A stretch of 64,000 nucleotides of DNA from NCBI GenBank assembly GCA_964106645.2, contig OZ067049.1; one strand, 5' to 3'. The DNA is from Podarcis pityusensis (lineage: Eukaryota). Below, one piece after another: positions 26,861 to 38,883 of the stretch. Below the pieces are notes generated by a model, which saw nothing but the letters and a program-made list of their open reading frames with translations, ran no database searches and was not told where the DNA came from. Position 1 is the stretch's first letter, and every line of letters starts with the position of its first letter. The position numbers and the translations under genes were made by a program.

Positions 26861-27519
26861 TAGGACTGGGCGATATCAGCTTTTCAACAACGCGATATAT
26901 CACCAGCCAAACATGGCGATCTGGCGATATACCGTGATGTTGAAAAAACAAGCTGCATTGGCATCAGCCTGCATTGCTGGGTGAAATTGCACCAGCTTGC
27001 ACCATGGGAGCTGAGGAAGTTTCACCCCAGCACCTAGCAGGCTGGGAAAACACAGCTTGTTTGTACAGCTCAGCTGGGGCACGGGAGAGCTCCCCATCCC
27101 AGGCAGACCCATCCCCAATGCTCTCCCTGCTTGGGTGGGAGCCAGCGCCGGGCTGGGGGGATCCTTTAACTGCTCGGCTGAGGGCAGCGGCAACTGCACG
27201 CTCCTCAGCCAAGCAGTTTAAAGATGCAGAGGGAGGAACAAGCTGCATCAGTACCTCGCCGATGTAGCTTTTTTCTTCCTCTGTGCAGTTTGAGGGCAGA
27301 GTGGGATGGAGGTTTCACTCAGTGATGTATCGCTGGTGAAACCGCTCCCGCTCCTGAGTCCCTCTGCTAGCAACGGTCGCTGGAGGAAGTCACTAGCTGA
27401 GGGACTCAGGAGCAGTGGTGGCTTCACCAGCGATATATTGCTGAGTGAAGCTAACATCACAGTCTGCTCCTCAAACCAGTCCTGGGAAATATATTGATAT
27501 ACAGTATCGCCCAGGCCTA
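26861..27519. mobile_element. Non-autonomous hAT element
   Basis: TIR TAGGACTGGGCGATA / TATCGCCCAGGCCTA, perfect 8-bp TSD GTCTCCTT. Confidence 0.9.
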
Positions 27520-28089
27520 GTCTCCTTCTGTAAAGTACATATCTGAGAATGCCTCTTTCCCATCTACAGTTCTTGCTTTGTTTAAAAAGTTACTGCTGTT
27601 CAGAACATTTACTTGCCATAGAGTGGGATAAGGTGGTCATGTTCCCAGTAATAGTAAAAATAATAATAATGAGTCATTGGCACAGCTTGTACAGCAAGGA
27701 GGTTAGAAGTGGTACACTTTGCTGTGGCAGATTTTCAGTTAGTGGTAGATTAGATAAGAGAAGCAGGCTTGGTTCTCACTATATGCCACATCTGTGATTT
27801 ATTATTGAAGGTCATTCTTCAGAACTCTCAGATAAGGTCAGGTGTCACCTGGGATATTGTCCTTCCTTAGCCCAGCTTCAATTCCCCTGTACTCTGACTA
27901 GTGGACCTTTCCTATGATTTAATAATCTGAGGGCCACATTTCCTCACAGGCAATCTTCCAGAGGCCTCATGTTAGTGTTGGGGGGCATGAGGGGGCAGAA
28001 GAAAAACTGGATGAAACACTGAATGTAATTATTATTATTGTACATTATTCTACATTCCACAAATGTCAGAGGTTGCTGTACACCCCCAC

Positions 28090-28092
<3 letters not shown>

Positions 28093-28129
<37 letters not shown>
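28093..28129. repeat. (AC)n microsatellite
   Basis: Direct reading. Confidence 0.95.
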
Positions 28130-28130
<1 letters not shown>

Positions 28131-28255
28131 CCAAGCAAGCATTGTTGGAGTAACTAGACATGAAATGGGGTTAATTTCCTTCAGGAGTGTAAATCACCCC
28201 ATGGATGAGCTATTCACAGGAGCAAAGTGATCAAAGTCAGTTGCTATTGTAATAG

Positions 28256-28508
28256 AAGAAGAAGAGAAGAGTTTGGATTTGATATCCCACTTTATCACTA
28301 CCCGAAGGAGTCTCAAAGCGGCCAACATTCTCCTTTCCCTTCCTCCCCCACAACAAACACTCTGTGAGGTGAGTAGGGCTGAGAGACTTCAAAGAAGTGT
28401 GACTGGCCCAAGGTCACCCAGCAGCTGCATGTGGAGGAGCGGAGACGCGCACCCGGTTCACCAGATTATGAGTCTACCGCTCTTAACCACTACACCACAC
28501 TGGCTCTC
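28256..28508 (-). mobile_element. Squam2-like tRNA-derived SINE
   Basis: Minus-strand head GAGAGCCAGTGTGGTGTAGTGGTTAAGAGC, MIR/CORE-like middle, (CTT)n tail, short flanking repeat TAATAG. Confidence 0.8.
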
Positions 28509-28677
28509 ATAATAGCCCAGTTCCCTGACTATATCTGTGATTAATGCATGCCAGTAGTCTGTCTATTAGTCTGTCTGTCTGTTAATCAGTCAGTATTACT
28601 TGTCCGGTGTTATGAAAGAATTACTGAACTTATTAAGAGCAATAGGCATACTTTGTACTTGTATGTATCTGTATATA

Positions 28678-28918
28678 CAGTGGTACCTCAGTTTAGGAAC
28701 TTAATCTCCTCCGGAAGTCTGTTCTTAAACTGAAACCATTCTTAAACCGAGGTGCGCTTTCCCTAATGAGGCCTCCTGCTGCCGGTGCCCTTCCACCATT
28801 CGGCTTCCATTCTTAGACTGAGGTGAAGTTTGCAAACCAGGACACTACTTCCGGTTTTACAGAGTTCATAAACCGAATAGTTCGTAAACAGGGCTGTTCT
28901 TAAACCGAAGTACCACTT
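28678..28918. mobile_element. Tigger-like MITE, related subfamily
   Basis: CAGTGGTACCTCAG...CGAAGTACCACTT, TA flanks. Confidence 0.8.
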
Positions 28919-29216
28919 TATCTGTATCTGCAAAAGCCTACAAGCTGTATCTATCTACATCCAGAATGGTTTTACTGAGCCTTATCTTCTGCAACAGTAA
29001 ACTAGCTGAAACCTTCTCTACTTCTGTGTGGTGACTGGTACTAGGAGCAATTTTCACTGCATGGGTATCTCGCCTGAGATTCCCAACAAGCTTGAGGCAT
29101 TATCAGAACTCAGGTACATATTCTAGCCAAGCCTATGCATGGGGGAGGTGGTGCAGAACAGGACTAGTGAGTGGGGGTGGCCAGAGGACTGTGCATGACT
29201 TAGGAAGAATCTCAAG

Positions 29217-29511
29217 TGTTATGTACTGAAGTTCTCACCCTGGGCCAACAGGGGGGATACTGTGGATAGTTATGCAAATGAAGGATCGAAAGTGACGTTC
29301 AGTGATTGGATAGTTTGTATGCAAATGAAGGATCGAAAGTGACGTTCAGTGATTGGATAGTTTTAGAAAGTTGTTACAGTAACGAGGTACTGGAGCTCTA
29401 TATAAGCAGGCTGACTGAGCCCTTCAGTTCAGTTCTGTTCTGGCTTCTGAATAAACAAGAGCTGTTTGAAGAATCGCTGTGTCGTCTGCTATGTTCGCCC
29501 ACAACTTAACA
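29217..29511 (+). mobile_element. Solo LTR with duplicated U3 enhancer block
   Basis: TGTTA...TAACA termini, TSD TCAAG (29212-29216 / 29512-29516), TATATAA near 29399, AATAAA near 29450, 47-bp tandem duplication. Confidence 0.85.
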
Positions 29512-29871
29512 TCAAGCACCCAATGGGGAAGACCTGAGGACTGTATTTGATACCAGTGGTCAATGTTGCTACTCCCCCACCCTTTCTGTGCATCCTTGCT
29601 TCTGCTCCCCCATGATTCACCCATGAAAATGACAGGAAATAACTGTATGTCAGTAGAGCACCACAAATTTAATCACTTTACTCCTGTACTTTTCTGGGTT
29701 AATAGGGTTGCAAAAACATTTTTTTTCTGGGAGCAGTTAGGATGGAAATGAGTGCTAAACTGACTACTTTTGTTATGTTGTAGTTATATATATATTCATA
29801 TTGTAAGCCGCCTGGAACATGGTTTGAACTGCGGAAAGGCAGGATACAAATAAAATTATGTCTGTATGTAT

Positions 29872-30050
29872 AGGTAAAGGTAAAGGTACCCCTGCCCGTA
29901 CGGGCCAGTCTTGCCAGACTCTAGGGTTGTGCGCTCATCTCATTCTATAGGCCAGGAGCCAGCGCTGTCCGCAGACACTTCCGGGTCACGTGGCCAGCGT
30001 GACAAGCTGCATCTGGCGAGCCAGTGCAGCACACGGAACACCGTTTACCT
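29872..30050 (-). mobile_element. 5'-truncated Sauria SINE
   Basis: (AAAGGT)n tail and CTTCCGGGTCACGTGGCCAGC core shared with the other copies. Confidence 0.85.
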
Positions 30051-30732
30051 GTATATATACTCACTCTATTTCTGGAAGTGGCTTTTACATTGTGTAAAAG
30101 GCTAAAAAATAATGCAGAAATTAACAGTCAGGGGAACATATGAGAGCAGAATAAACTGCTATGTGAATGTAGCTTCTCAGGAATAGCTGGTGCTCCATTG
30201 CTGTCTATTTCTGAATAAGATTGGCCTTAATAAGAAAATAATACCTATTTTTTGGTACTACAAAACAAATGAATTATAGAAATGGAATGTGCTGTCTGCT
30301 TACTTTTTATGTACAGTTTCCTTTGTCAGATAACACTTACTCAATGTCTTCTGCCTTGGGGATTGTTTTACTCTCAGTCTTTTCTTGTTGCAGGGAATAA
30401 CATAAGGGCTCCCAGCGATCTGCCAGCTAATAATAAAGCAATAACTTTAATCAGTCTGCTGGGGGACACAGTTTAATATCTTGTTTTCTAGCAAGAAATA
30501 AATTATTCTTGTACAATGTAATTCTATATATACACAGGATGTAGTCCTGAACACTCTAACAAGGAAATAAGCCCCACTGAACATAATGAAAATTCCTTCC
30601 TTCCATGCAGAGTTAGCATGCCTTATTTCACCGACTCATTTGCATGGGGCAAGACACAGGGCAAGACACTTCCAGGGGGAGAAACACATTTTGAGGGGAG
30701 GGATATAAAACACACCAGTGCTCCTCCTAGAA

Positions 30733-30868
30733 CAGGCATAGGCAAACTCGGCCCTCCAGATGTTTTGGGACTGCAACTCCCACCATCCCTAGCTAACAGG
30801 ACTAGTGGTCAGGAATGATGGGAGTTGTAGTCCCAAAACATCTGGAGGGCCGAGTTTGCCTATGCCTA
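30733..30868. mobile_element. Palindromic hAT MITE
   Basis: ~55-bp near-perfect arms, 8-bp TSD TCCTAGAA. Degenerate relatives lie near 8350-8495, 43455-43545, 48968-49118, 53040-53165, 55000-55085, 59170-59298 and 60915-61020. Confidence 0.9.
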
Positions 30869-32295
30869 TCCTAGAACCTTACCACTGTTGGCCACCATCT
30901 TTAATTTCCCATCAACACAGAGAAGTTGATGAAGCCAGGAAAGGGGATATGGGAAAGGTAGTGGACCAATGAGATTGCTTCCCCTTCCCTTCTCATCGTG
31001 TGATTTTTGAACACCTCAAGTGGACTTGCGAGATGGTGAGTGGTCCAAGGTCAACCCATTAACCTAATGGAGATTGCAACATGGGTCTTAAAAATGTTAG
31101 ATGGAGATGATAACCACTCTGATTTCAGAAAAGCTGCTGCAAAAGTGGACAAAAATCTGTAGTTAGGGGGAAGAAACCTGCCTATATGTACAGAAATTTG
31201 TGATGCACAGCATTTTAAAGAGATCCACAGCCTTTTGTCAGCTTGTAAATAGGCTATAGCCTATGTGTATCTCCATGGAACTGCAGCCTTTTAAAATGTG
31301 AAAACTATCCCTAAGTGGAAATTAACATAACCAAGTGACCTAAGAGCAATGTTTTTAAGGGGGGGGGGGAATCAGTTTTCTTTTGATATTTTCATTTCTT
31401 TGGTCATTAATGTCCTGCACAAGATGTCTTCTCCTAGAATGCATTTGGACAGTCTCCTCCGTTAAAAGTAATTCACTATTTTACAGCTTCTATTGCTCAG
31501 TCTTTAAATGCCATTCATTAATGGGCAATGGCAGAGACAATAACCTATTGGAGTCCATAACAACACAGCTTTTAGTATGGCAAAACCTACAGTGTTACCC
31601 TTAAGAACATTCTGCCCCCTACAACACTCTTTCCTACATCTAGGATAAAGTATGATGGCATAAACTTCATGACTCCACTGTTGTTCCAGAAAAGCAAGTG
31701 AAATAAAACAGTAAAAAAGTTGTAAAGTGAATCATTTTATTAATCCTCCAGGGAATTTTCTCTCCTCTGTTTATGAGACCAAGCACACAAGGTACTCACA
31801 AGGCAATCTGGAAGCTTTTAGTGAAATGCCTGGGCATCTCCTCCCCAAACTTCAAGCCCCATTTTAGCCAGTGGCTAAATGGTAAGGTAGGGAGGGAAAG
31901 AGAAAATGTGTGGGGGGGGGGGGTTGTCAGGGAAACAGCAACTAACATTTGGCCAGAGTACTGCTAGACCTAATAGAAAATAATAACTTGGTAAACTATA
32001 TCATCTGTTTCTTGTCCATGGGCTGTAGTGACCAATTTTGAACAACAAAGAATCCTTGTTATCAGATGATTTTCTAAAGGGTTCTGTTCCCTGACATCCC
32101 TGTACGTTCTGAAAGTCTAGCTTTAGCAGAGATGGCAGAAGCTGAGTGCTTTTAAACATTTGCTTCTTGCTTTCAGACACATAAGAAGCCCTGAACCAGG
32201 CACTTATTTATAGTTCGGAGCTTGTGAAATATGTTGAGGTTTGTTGAATATGTGACCTAGCAACATAGGGAAGGCTTTGTTCTTTGGTTACATTG

Positions 32296-32338
32296 GAAGG
32301 AAGGAAGGAAGGAAGGAAGGAAGGAAGGAAGGAAGGAA
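32296..32338. repeat. (GGAA)n microsatellite
   Basis: Direct reading. Confidence 0.95.
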
Positions 32339-32934
32339 ACATAGGGAGGATGCTATTTCAAGCAATGATTCCTATGCACTGGTGTAAAGTACCGGTAAAT
32401 AAACATAGTTATATGGCTTTAAGTGAGAGAAAGGGAATGAAAGGAAGGGGAAATGTTAAGAACGAGGTAGATAGTGTTAAATGAGACCACATCAAAACCA
32501 GGCCATTGAAATGATAGCAAAGGATCTGGAGACCAAATTCTAATAGTTTGAAGAGGCTGATTAAGAGTCAATATGATATCCATGTTCAATTATCCGTTGG
32601 GCTGTGACATTTGGGAGGGATTCAAGCATATATTGCAAAATTCAAGTGGATTAAAGTGCTCTGTTGCCCTGGTGTGACAAACCCACTTATTTTAACGGAC
32701 TGTTTGCTGTTAGGAAAGTGACAGTGAAATGCACTGATAAGCATGGGATTAATGAGAAGATGTATAAACACCCCACAAACAAGTCAAGATGACTGTCCAT
32801 TGCTGAATAACCTCCCCACAAACAGAATGAATGCTCAGTGAAGACAGACATCGTCTAAACTCCACATAAGCTTCGCACAAGCAAATTGGGATAAATGCTC
32901 AATAAACAAGTCATCTGGAGCACACACAGTTGAT

Positions 32935-33195
32935 GGAGCAAATGTGCCTTGTGTTGCTCCAGAGGGAGCACCAAAACCATTGGGTTGGAATTATAAGAAA
33001 GGGGATATAAACTAAACATTAATAAGAACTTCTTGGTGGAACAAGAGTGGGACAAGCTGTCACAGAAGGCTCACCATCATTAGAGGTCTTTAAGCAGAAG
33101 CTGGATCCTCAACTATCATAGATGTTGTAGTTGCAGGTTTTCTGCAGTGGAAGTAGGGTGGAATAGATGAACTTTGAGCTCCTTCCAACTCTGTG
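32935..33195 (+). mobile_element. CR1 LINE 3' fragment (degenerate)
   Basis: GCTCCAGAGGG...CTAAACATTAATAAGAACTTC...CCTTCCAACTCT, same pattern as 19778-20045. Confidence 0.65.
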
Positions 33196-34734
33196 TTGCT
33201 GAGAAATGACAATGCAGCAAGCAATGTTAGGCACAGACATAAAAGCCGAAGAATTGAGTAGGGATAGAAGGCAGTGGCCTAATAGAGAAATCCAAAGGCG
33301 AATCAATATGAATCTGAAAGTTATCTGAAAGTTTCCAGGAACAAGAGAACGAAAGGCAAGTAGTCTGATCTGGAATAAAGCAGCTTCATCCGATACATAA
33401 GTTTGTGTTAATGCGAGTAAAAAAAAAAAGGTTATGAATAAGGAGATTTGATAATAACAGGTCAATAGTTCATTAGACATGTCCTGCAGAATTGTAAACT
33501 GGTTCTGTTCAGAAGGATTTCACAGCACCCATCTTCTGTTTGAGATGGGGGTGAGAATTAACAAACACACACAGGAGCATCAGGCAGACAGGTTGCAGAA
33601 GAAACATCAACTATACCCCAATAGTTGATCTCTGCATGGAAATTTCGCTTCCATGCTTAATTTGCAGCTGTTGGATCAGAGTGCCTCTGTCTAATTAACT
33701 ACTTCTCCTTCTTCGTATGTTTGGAAGCAATGCCTTGGAAGGCAGAAGCTTTATAACCAGCAAAAGCAAAGAAAAAGGACGGTGAACAAATGCCACTATT
33801 TGATCTGGAGGAAGTTCCTTTCCGGTTTCACATCTGGCAATCAGTGATGGCCTGATCAGGAAAGCAAAGTTCATCCAGTGAAGCGAGGAAACGCTGAGAT
33901 CACATTACCCCCAACTTACCTCTTCTGTTAGTCTGTTTGCATTTGTGGCCACCTCTTAAGGAGGGAAAGAAAAGAATCCAAACATCTCAGAGAATGAAAT
34001 CAAGGCTCCCAAAAACTTCCTCGGAGATTTATCTCGCAGAAGTTTCTTGACCTCAAATAACCCACTTTCCCACTTAGGTTCGTGGGTGGATTATGAATTT
34101 TTTATCAGTGCCAGAGTGAAATATCACTGCATCTCTTGAATCCCTAGGTCTAGTCCTGTCTTGTTCACTTCATTTCTACTTGTTACATTAGTGGGACATC
34201 ACTGGCTTCAACATACCTCCTCTGGATTTACTCTGATTCAAGCTAGGTGAAGGCCATTTCCAGCCCTACAGCTTTTTGCGATTCTCACTCGGCATAGCCA
34301 ATGCACCTTAGGAACTTACTTCCATTTCTTCATATTGTAAAACAGAGAGTGATGAAATGATTAACCGGCATCATTTGCTCTGTTTGTATGTTTAAATGCA
34401 TTTCTTACATCTGCGGCCTCTCTGTGCAATTTAGAGGGCAGCCTATGTGTATACAGCAGACTCACCCACTTCAGACTCCCTGCTAAACACATGTCAGATG
34501 CTGTGGCAGAGATGCAGCTGATGGGGCTGGGCCAGTAAGGGCAGGCTAGGAAATGGGGAGAAATTAGATTCAGACTGCATTGAAAGGGGAACCTATGCAT
34601 GTTATTCAAAAGCATACACAAGCCAAAACACAACCATGCTTCAAAATTTTCACTTCTCCAAATTGTGCAGTGCAGATCTCCAGCCAAGTAATGTGTACAA
34701 AGATGCATATACTAGGGTAAAATATGCATAAATA

Positions 34735-34910
34735 CAGTGATTTTCTTGGGAGGGTGCACAGGGGTATGCATACCCCTAAACATTTTGTGAATCTTTGTAC
34801 TTTTCTCCATTTATTGTATTTATTTTTCCTGATTTGAACTATAAAATGGTGGTTTTCTTGAGTCAAAATGAGAGTACCCCTAAACATTTTTTTAGAAAAA
34901 AAGAGCACTG
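34735..34910. mobile_element. hAT MITE nested in an older hAT-like element (about 34545-35123)
   Basis: CAGTG...CACTG termini, 8-bp TSD CATAAATA; relative at 52814-52930. Confidence 0.85.
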
Positions 34911-35950
34911 CATAAATATACTATTGAACATAACATACAAAAATGCATTGTTTTAGGGGAAACGGCTTTGTGAAAATGTATATAATAGGCAGAGATTTGC
35001 TGGTGAATTTTCAAGAGGATGTTTTTCTGGAAAAAAATCACAAACTGACGTAGAAATTTGGAGAACTGTACTGAAGAGTGTAAAGACTGAGAGAAACCAA
35101 AACTGACAGATTTGGCCATCCCTTGTGTAGCTCATCTCTTCCCCCACCACACAACTGGAATTACATGAATATAGACACCTGTTTCAGGATTACAGCCACA
35201 ATGAACCTCTGGTACCTGTGTTCTCTAGTAGCCAAGAAACAAAGGGACTGTGATGGCTAACTTAGCTAGAATTTCTGTGCCAGGAGAGATGACCGATTTA
35301 CAAAACAAATCCGGAAATCCCAGGAATCCAGTCCCTGGAGCTGATGGCATTGCCTGAAGAAGCACAAATACACACCTACTTTTCCCCACAGTGGGAGCTG
35401 ACCTGCCTTTGTTCTGTGTTTATTTCTCCTCCAGGGCTTCCCACCTGGTGTGCTGACTGCCTCAAGCCCAGGCGAAGGAACCTGTGTGGATCCCACCTCT
35501 GCTTTTATTGGCCTGGTACTGGGGGATCTGGTTCAGTAGCCTCATGCCTACCAGTCTCAGGGGCCCATGAGCAAGGCTCAAAGTCAGGAACCTAGTCCGG
35601 CTCCTCAGCCAATGGCTCTGTAGCGTCTGTGTTCTGGTCACTGCTGAACTCCAGGGTTATGATATTTCCTCACTTCCCCCAAAGGCGGGTGTTTCAGAAT
35701 GTGAGGAACTTGGCTCCTCTGAGCAGAGGCATTGCTACGTACTTGAAAGATCCAAGGTCTAGATCCAGAGACACAGATTTTTATGTGCTAATTTATGTGC
35801 ACACATGCAAATTTAGTGTCAGGCTTCATGGAATCTGATGCCTCCCCTGCTGGCAGCCAGTAAGTAGACAAACAAGGAGTTCTTACCAAGCAATTTATTC
35901 CATAGATCACAGAGAGAGACGAAGGAATGCAGCCTCCCTGAAATAATGGT

Positions 35951-36159
35951 TCCAGTTACAGATAGGTAGCCGTGTTGGTCTGCCATAGTCAAAATAAAAA
36001 AAAATCCTTCCAGTAGCACCTTTAAGACCAACTAAGTTAGTTCTTGGTATGAGCTTTCGTGTGCAAGGTATCTGAAGAAGTGTGCTTGCACACGAAAGCT
36101 CATACCAAGAACTAACTTAGTTGGTCTTAAAGGTGCTACTGGAAGGATTTTTTTTATTT
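35951..36159. mobile_element. Penelope-like element terminal fragment with inverted-repeat structure
   Basis: ~78-bp near-perfect inverted repeat (35989-36067 / 36085-36162), hammerhead motif, 12-bp flanking direct repeat TGAAATAATGGT (35939-35950 / 36160-36171). Confidence 0.8.
36067..36106 (+). ncRNA. Minimal type I hammerhead ribozyme motif (Penelope-type)
   Basis: GGTAT-CTGAAGA-A-GTGTG(CTTG)CACAC-GAAAGCTC-ATACC. Stem I is GGTAT/ATACC, with the CUGANGA and GAAA core boxes, a 5-bp stem II and palindromic AGCT in place of helix III. Predicted cleavage after C36101. Confidence 0.8.
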
Positions 36160-37680
36160 TGAAATAATGGTGTTGATCTGAATGAAGTGCAATCCCCTCC
36201 ATCCCTCCTATTCTACATCACCATTATGATGGCTTATCTGAGCTTTCTGCCTCTGAGCCTTCTGTTCTCCCACCTTTAATGCTCGCCTGGTCTTGGGGAG
36301 TGGGTGCAGAATGCTCTCCAAAGACACTGAGCACTGAGTCTGTTAGTTGTCTCTCTCTTGGTGTTTCTTCTTCCTGCTGCTCCTCTCCTAATATTTCTCA
36401 GCTTCTCCCCTCTTCAGCCTCTGAACTACAACCTTCTGCAAACCACTGTTCTAAATCTGTACTGTCCTTATGTTCTCGGGAAGGTTCAGGAGAAGGGGGG
36501 GCAGCCCCCACCATTCCTCCTCAGTCCAGCTCCTGACATTTAGAAATGATGACCAGGATTTGCATTTCACAGAAGGTAAACCAACTTTCTTCCCCAACCG
36601 CCCCCCTCATAAACATTTCAATTCATTTTCACTCCAGTACAGATTACCCAAAATCAGTTCAATTCATTTACCTACCCAGAAACATTTCATCTTCAGTAAC
36701 CCCATCCATCCATCATCACCCACCCTAAATTTAATTAAAGTGGATTGAAAAATAACAAGGGTGCACATTGCGCTTGAATTTAACTAGTTCTTGTCCTCAT
36801 CTCCCCCATTCAGACATTCGCATCAAGATGCAGAGGTTAGCCTTGGCATCCTTTTAATAGGTGCTAATTGCCACCATCAGAGCTGCTGAAAAACACTTGT
36901 ACAAAAAGAAATTAGAGTGTTGTCAGTTTGGAGAGATTAATGGAGATATATTTTCCATTCACCCCAGCTATTACTATGGCAGCAACGCAGGCAAAGCACT
37001 CAAGAGAAGCTTAGAGGTTTTCATGTAACAGCACAGATTTCTTTGCTTCTAGCAGCCTGAACACTTATTTTTGTGGCAGTTGTTCTGTAAGCAAAGAGAA
37101 ACAGCTTTCAGAGCCTTTTACCACCTGACCTCCACGGAGCTCCCAACAAGACAAAACAAAAACAGAGATACTGTATATGTCCTAACACTACCTGTATGGA
37201 ATCTTCCCATTGCAGGGGTGAGGAACTTTTTTCAGCCTGACGGACCACAAGCCCGTGGAAGACGGGGCCAGAGGCAAAAGTCAGTGGCATCAATAATGTT
37301 ACCTTTCTACAATAGGCTGGTTTCTACACAAACCAACACACACTTCTCCATCCAATATTCAAGTTAGCAAAAGGCATGATCCGAGTTCAAGGCAAATTCC
37401 AGCCAGGCGAAAACACTCAAGGAAGTTGCGAATCAGAACTGATGAAGGATTTGGTCTGGGGAGTGTGTAACAAGCCAGGCAGAGAGGCTTGGAAGGCATT
37501 TCATCCATGTATTAAAGGCAGTAAACAAACAAAAAAGAGTCTGGTGGTTAACATTGAGATTGGTTTATTTGTTGCTTCATTGGTCTGCAACTTCATGAAT
37601 GAGGAGCAAAACTAATACAAAAGTCAAGAACCCTTGGCTCACAGCTTCCTGCACCCTGATAGTGGGGGCATCCATACATT

Positions 37681-38066
37681 AAAAAGGTAAAGGTAAAGGA
37701 CCCCTGGACGGTCAAGTCCAGCCAAAGTTGACTATGGGGTTGCGGCACACATCTCGCTTTCAGGCCAACGGAGCCGGCGTTTGTCCACAGTCAGCTTTCC
37801 GGGTCATGTGGCCAGCATGACTAAACTGCTTCTGGCACAATGGAACACCATGACGGAAACCAGAGCGCATGGAAACTCTGTTTAGCTTCCCACCACAGCA
37901 GTACCTATTTATCTACTTGCACTGGCATGCTTTCAAACTGCTAGGTTGGCAGGAGCTGGGACAGAGCAACGGGAGCTCACCCCATCGCGGGGATTCGAAC
38001 TGCCGATCTTCTGATTGGCAAGCCCAAGAGGCTCAGTGGTTTAGACCACAGCGCCACCTATGTCCC
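37681..38066 (-). mobile_element. Full-length Sauria SINE
   Basis: (AAAGGT)n tail, GGATTCGAAC B box on the minus strand, imperfect TSD CATCC(A/C)TACAT. Confidence 0.9.
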
Positions 38067-38251
38067 TACATCCCTACATGAATCTCAGTGATGGAGGCAC
38101 AGCCATTGGGTCTCAGCCTTCCACACCTGAAAGGCATTTCACCTGAGATTATAGACTTGATTGTACTAGCGGCCACCAAAAGGTGAGTTCTTCATTCACA
38201 GGCACTATTGCCAACTCCTAATGAGAGACACTCAGGGGACATCCTTTGGAA

Positions 38252-38700
38252 AATGTAAGAGTCTGCTGGATCAGGCCAATGGCCCACCTAGTTTAGCATC
38301 CTGTTCTCACAGTGGCTAACCAGATGCCTGTGGGAAACCTGCAAGCAGGACCTGAGTGCAAGAACACTCTGTCCACCTGAGGTTACCAGCAACTGGTATT
38401 CAGAGACCAGAGCACACAGAAACGCCATTTACCTTCCCACTGCAGCAGTACCTATTTATCTACTTGCACTGGTATGCATTCAAACTGCTAGGTTGGCACA
38501 CCCCATGTTGCCTCTGACTGGACTTAACTGTCCAGGGGTCCTTTTCCTTTTCCTTTATTCAGAGACATGATGCCTCTGACAGTGGAGGCAGAACATAGCC
38601 ATCATGGCTAGTAGCCATTGACAGGTTTGTCCTCCGTAGATTTGTCTACAAGTTGCTGGCTATCACTTTCCCCTAGGAGAGCAGGTTTTATAGCTTAACT
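38252..38700 (-). mobile_element. CR1-type 3' fragment hosting an inverted Sauria SINE
   Basis: GTAAGAGTCTGCTGGATCAGGCCAATGGCCC...AGCATCCTGTTCTCACAGTGGC; the sequence resumes after the TSD at 38566. Confidence 0.65.
38408..38555. mobile_element. Sauria SINE fragment with 5' inversion and internal deletion
   Basis: 11-bp TSD TATTCAGAGAC; the first ~90 nt are antisense SINE body and the last ~57 nt are the sense 3' end plus tail. Confidence 0.85.
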
Positions 38701-38844
38701 GTGCTCTCTGAACACAGAGAAAGAAATGCATTCCTTCCTCTTAGGAGGTGATTGTTTTCATCCATCCATCCCAGGTGGAAAAGAACCAAAACTAAGTAAT
38801 GCAGTTGTGCATTTTATCCTATTTTCATCCTGTATGCTCTGAGA

Positions 38845-38883
<39 letters not shown>

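Larger units (their letters stand above)
35817..36538 (-). mobile_element. Solo LTR (Gypsy-like) interrupted by the Penelope-like fragment
   Basis: TGTCAGG...CCTGACA termini, 5-bp TSD TTTAG (35812-35816 / 36539-36543); reverse complement is similar to 40371-40883. Confidence 0.8.

Noticed and set aside
33220-33430. Processed retrocopy (AATAAA at 33374, A run at 33419)
   Set aside because: Signal-to-tail distance is about 40 nt, with no TSD and no recognisable parent.
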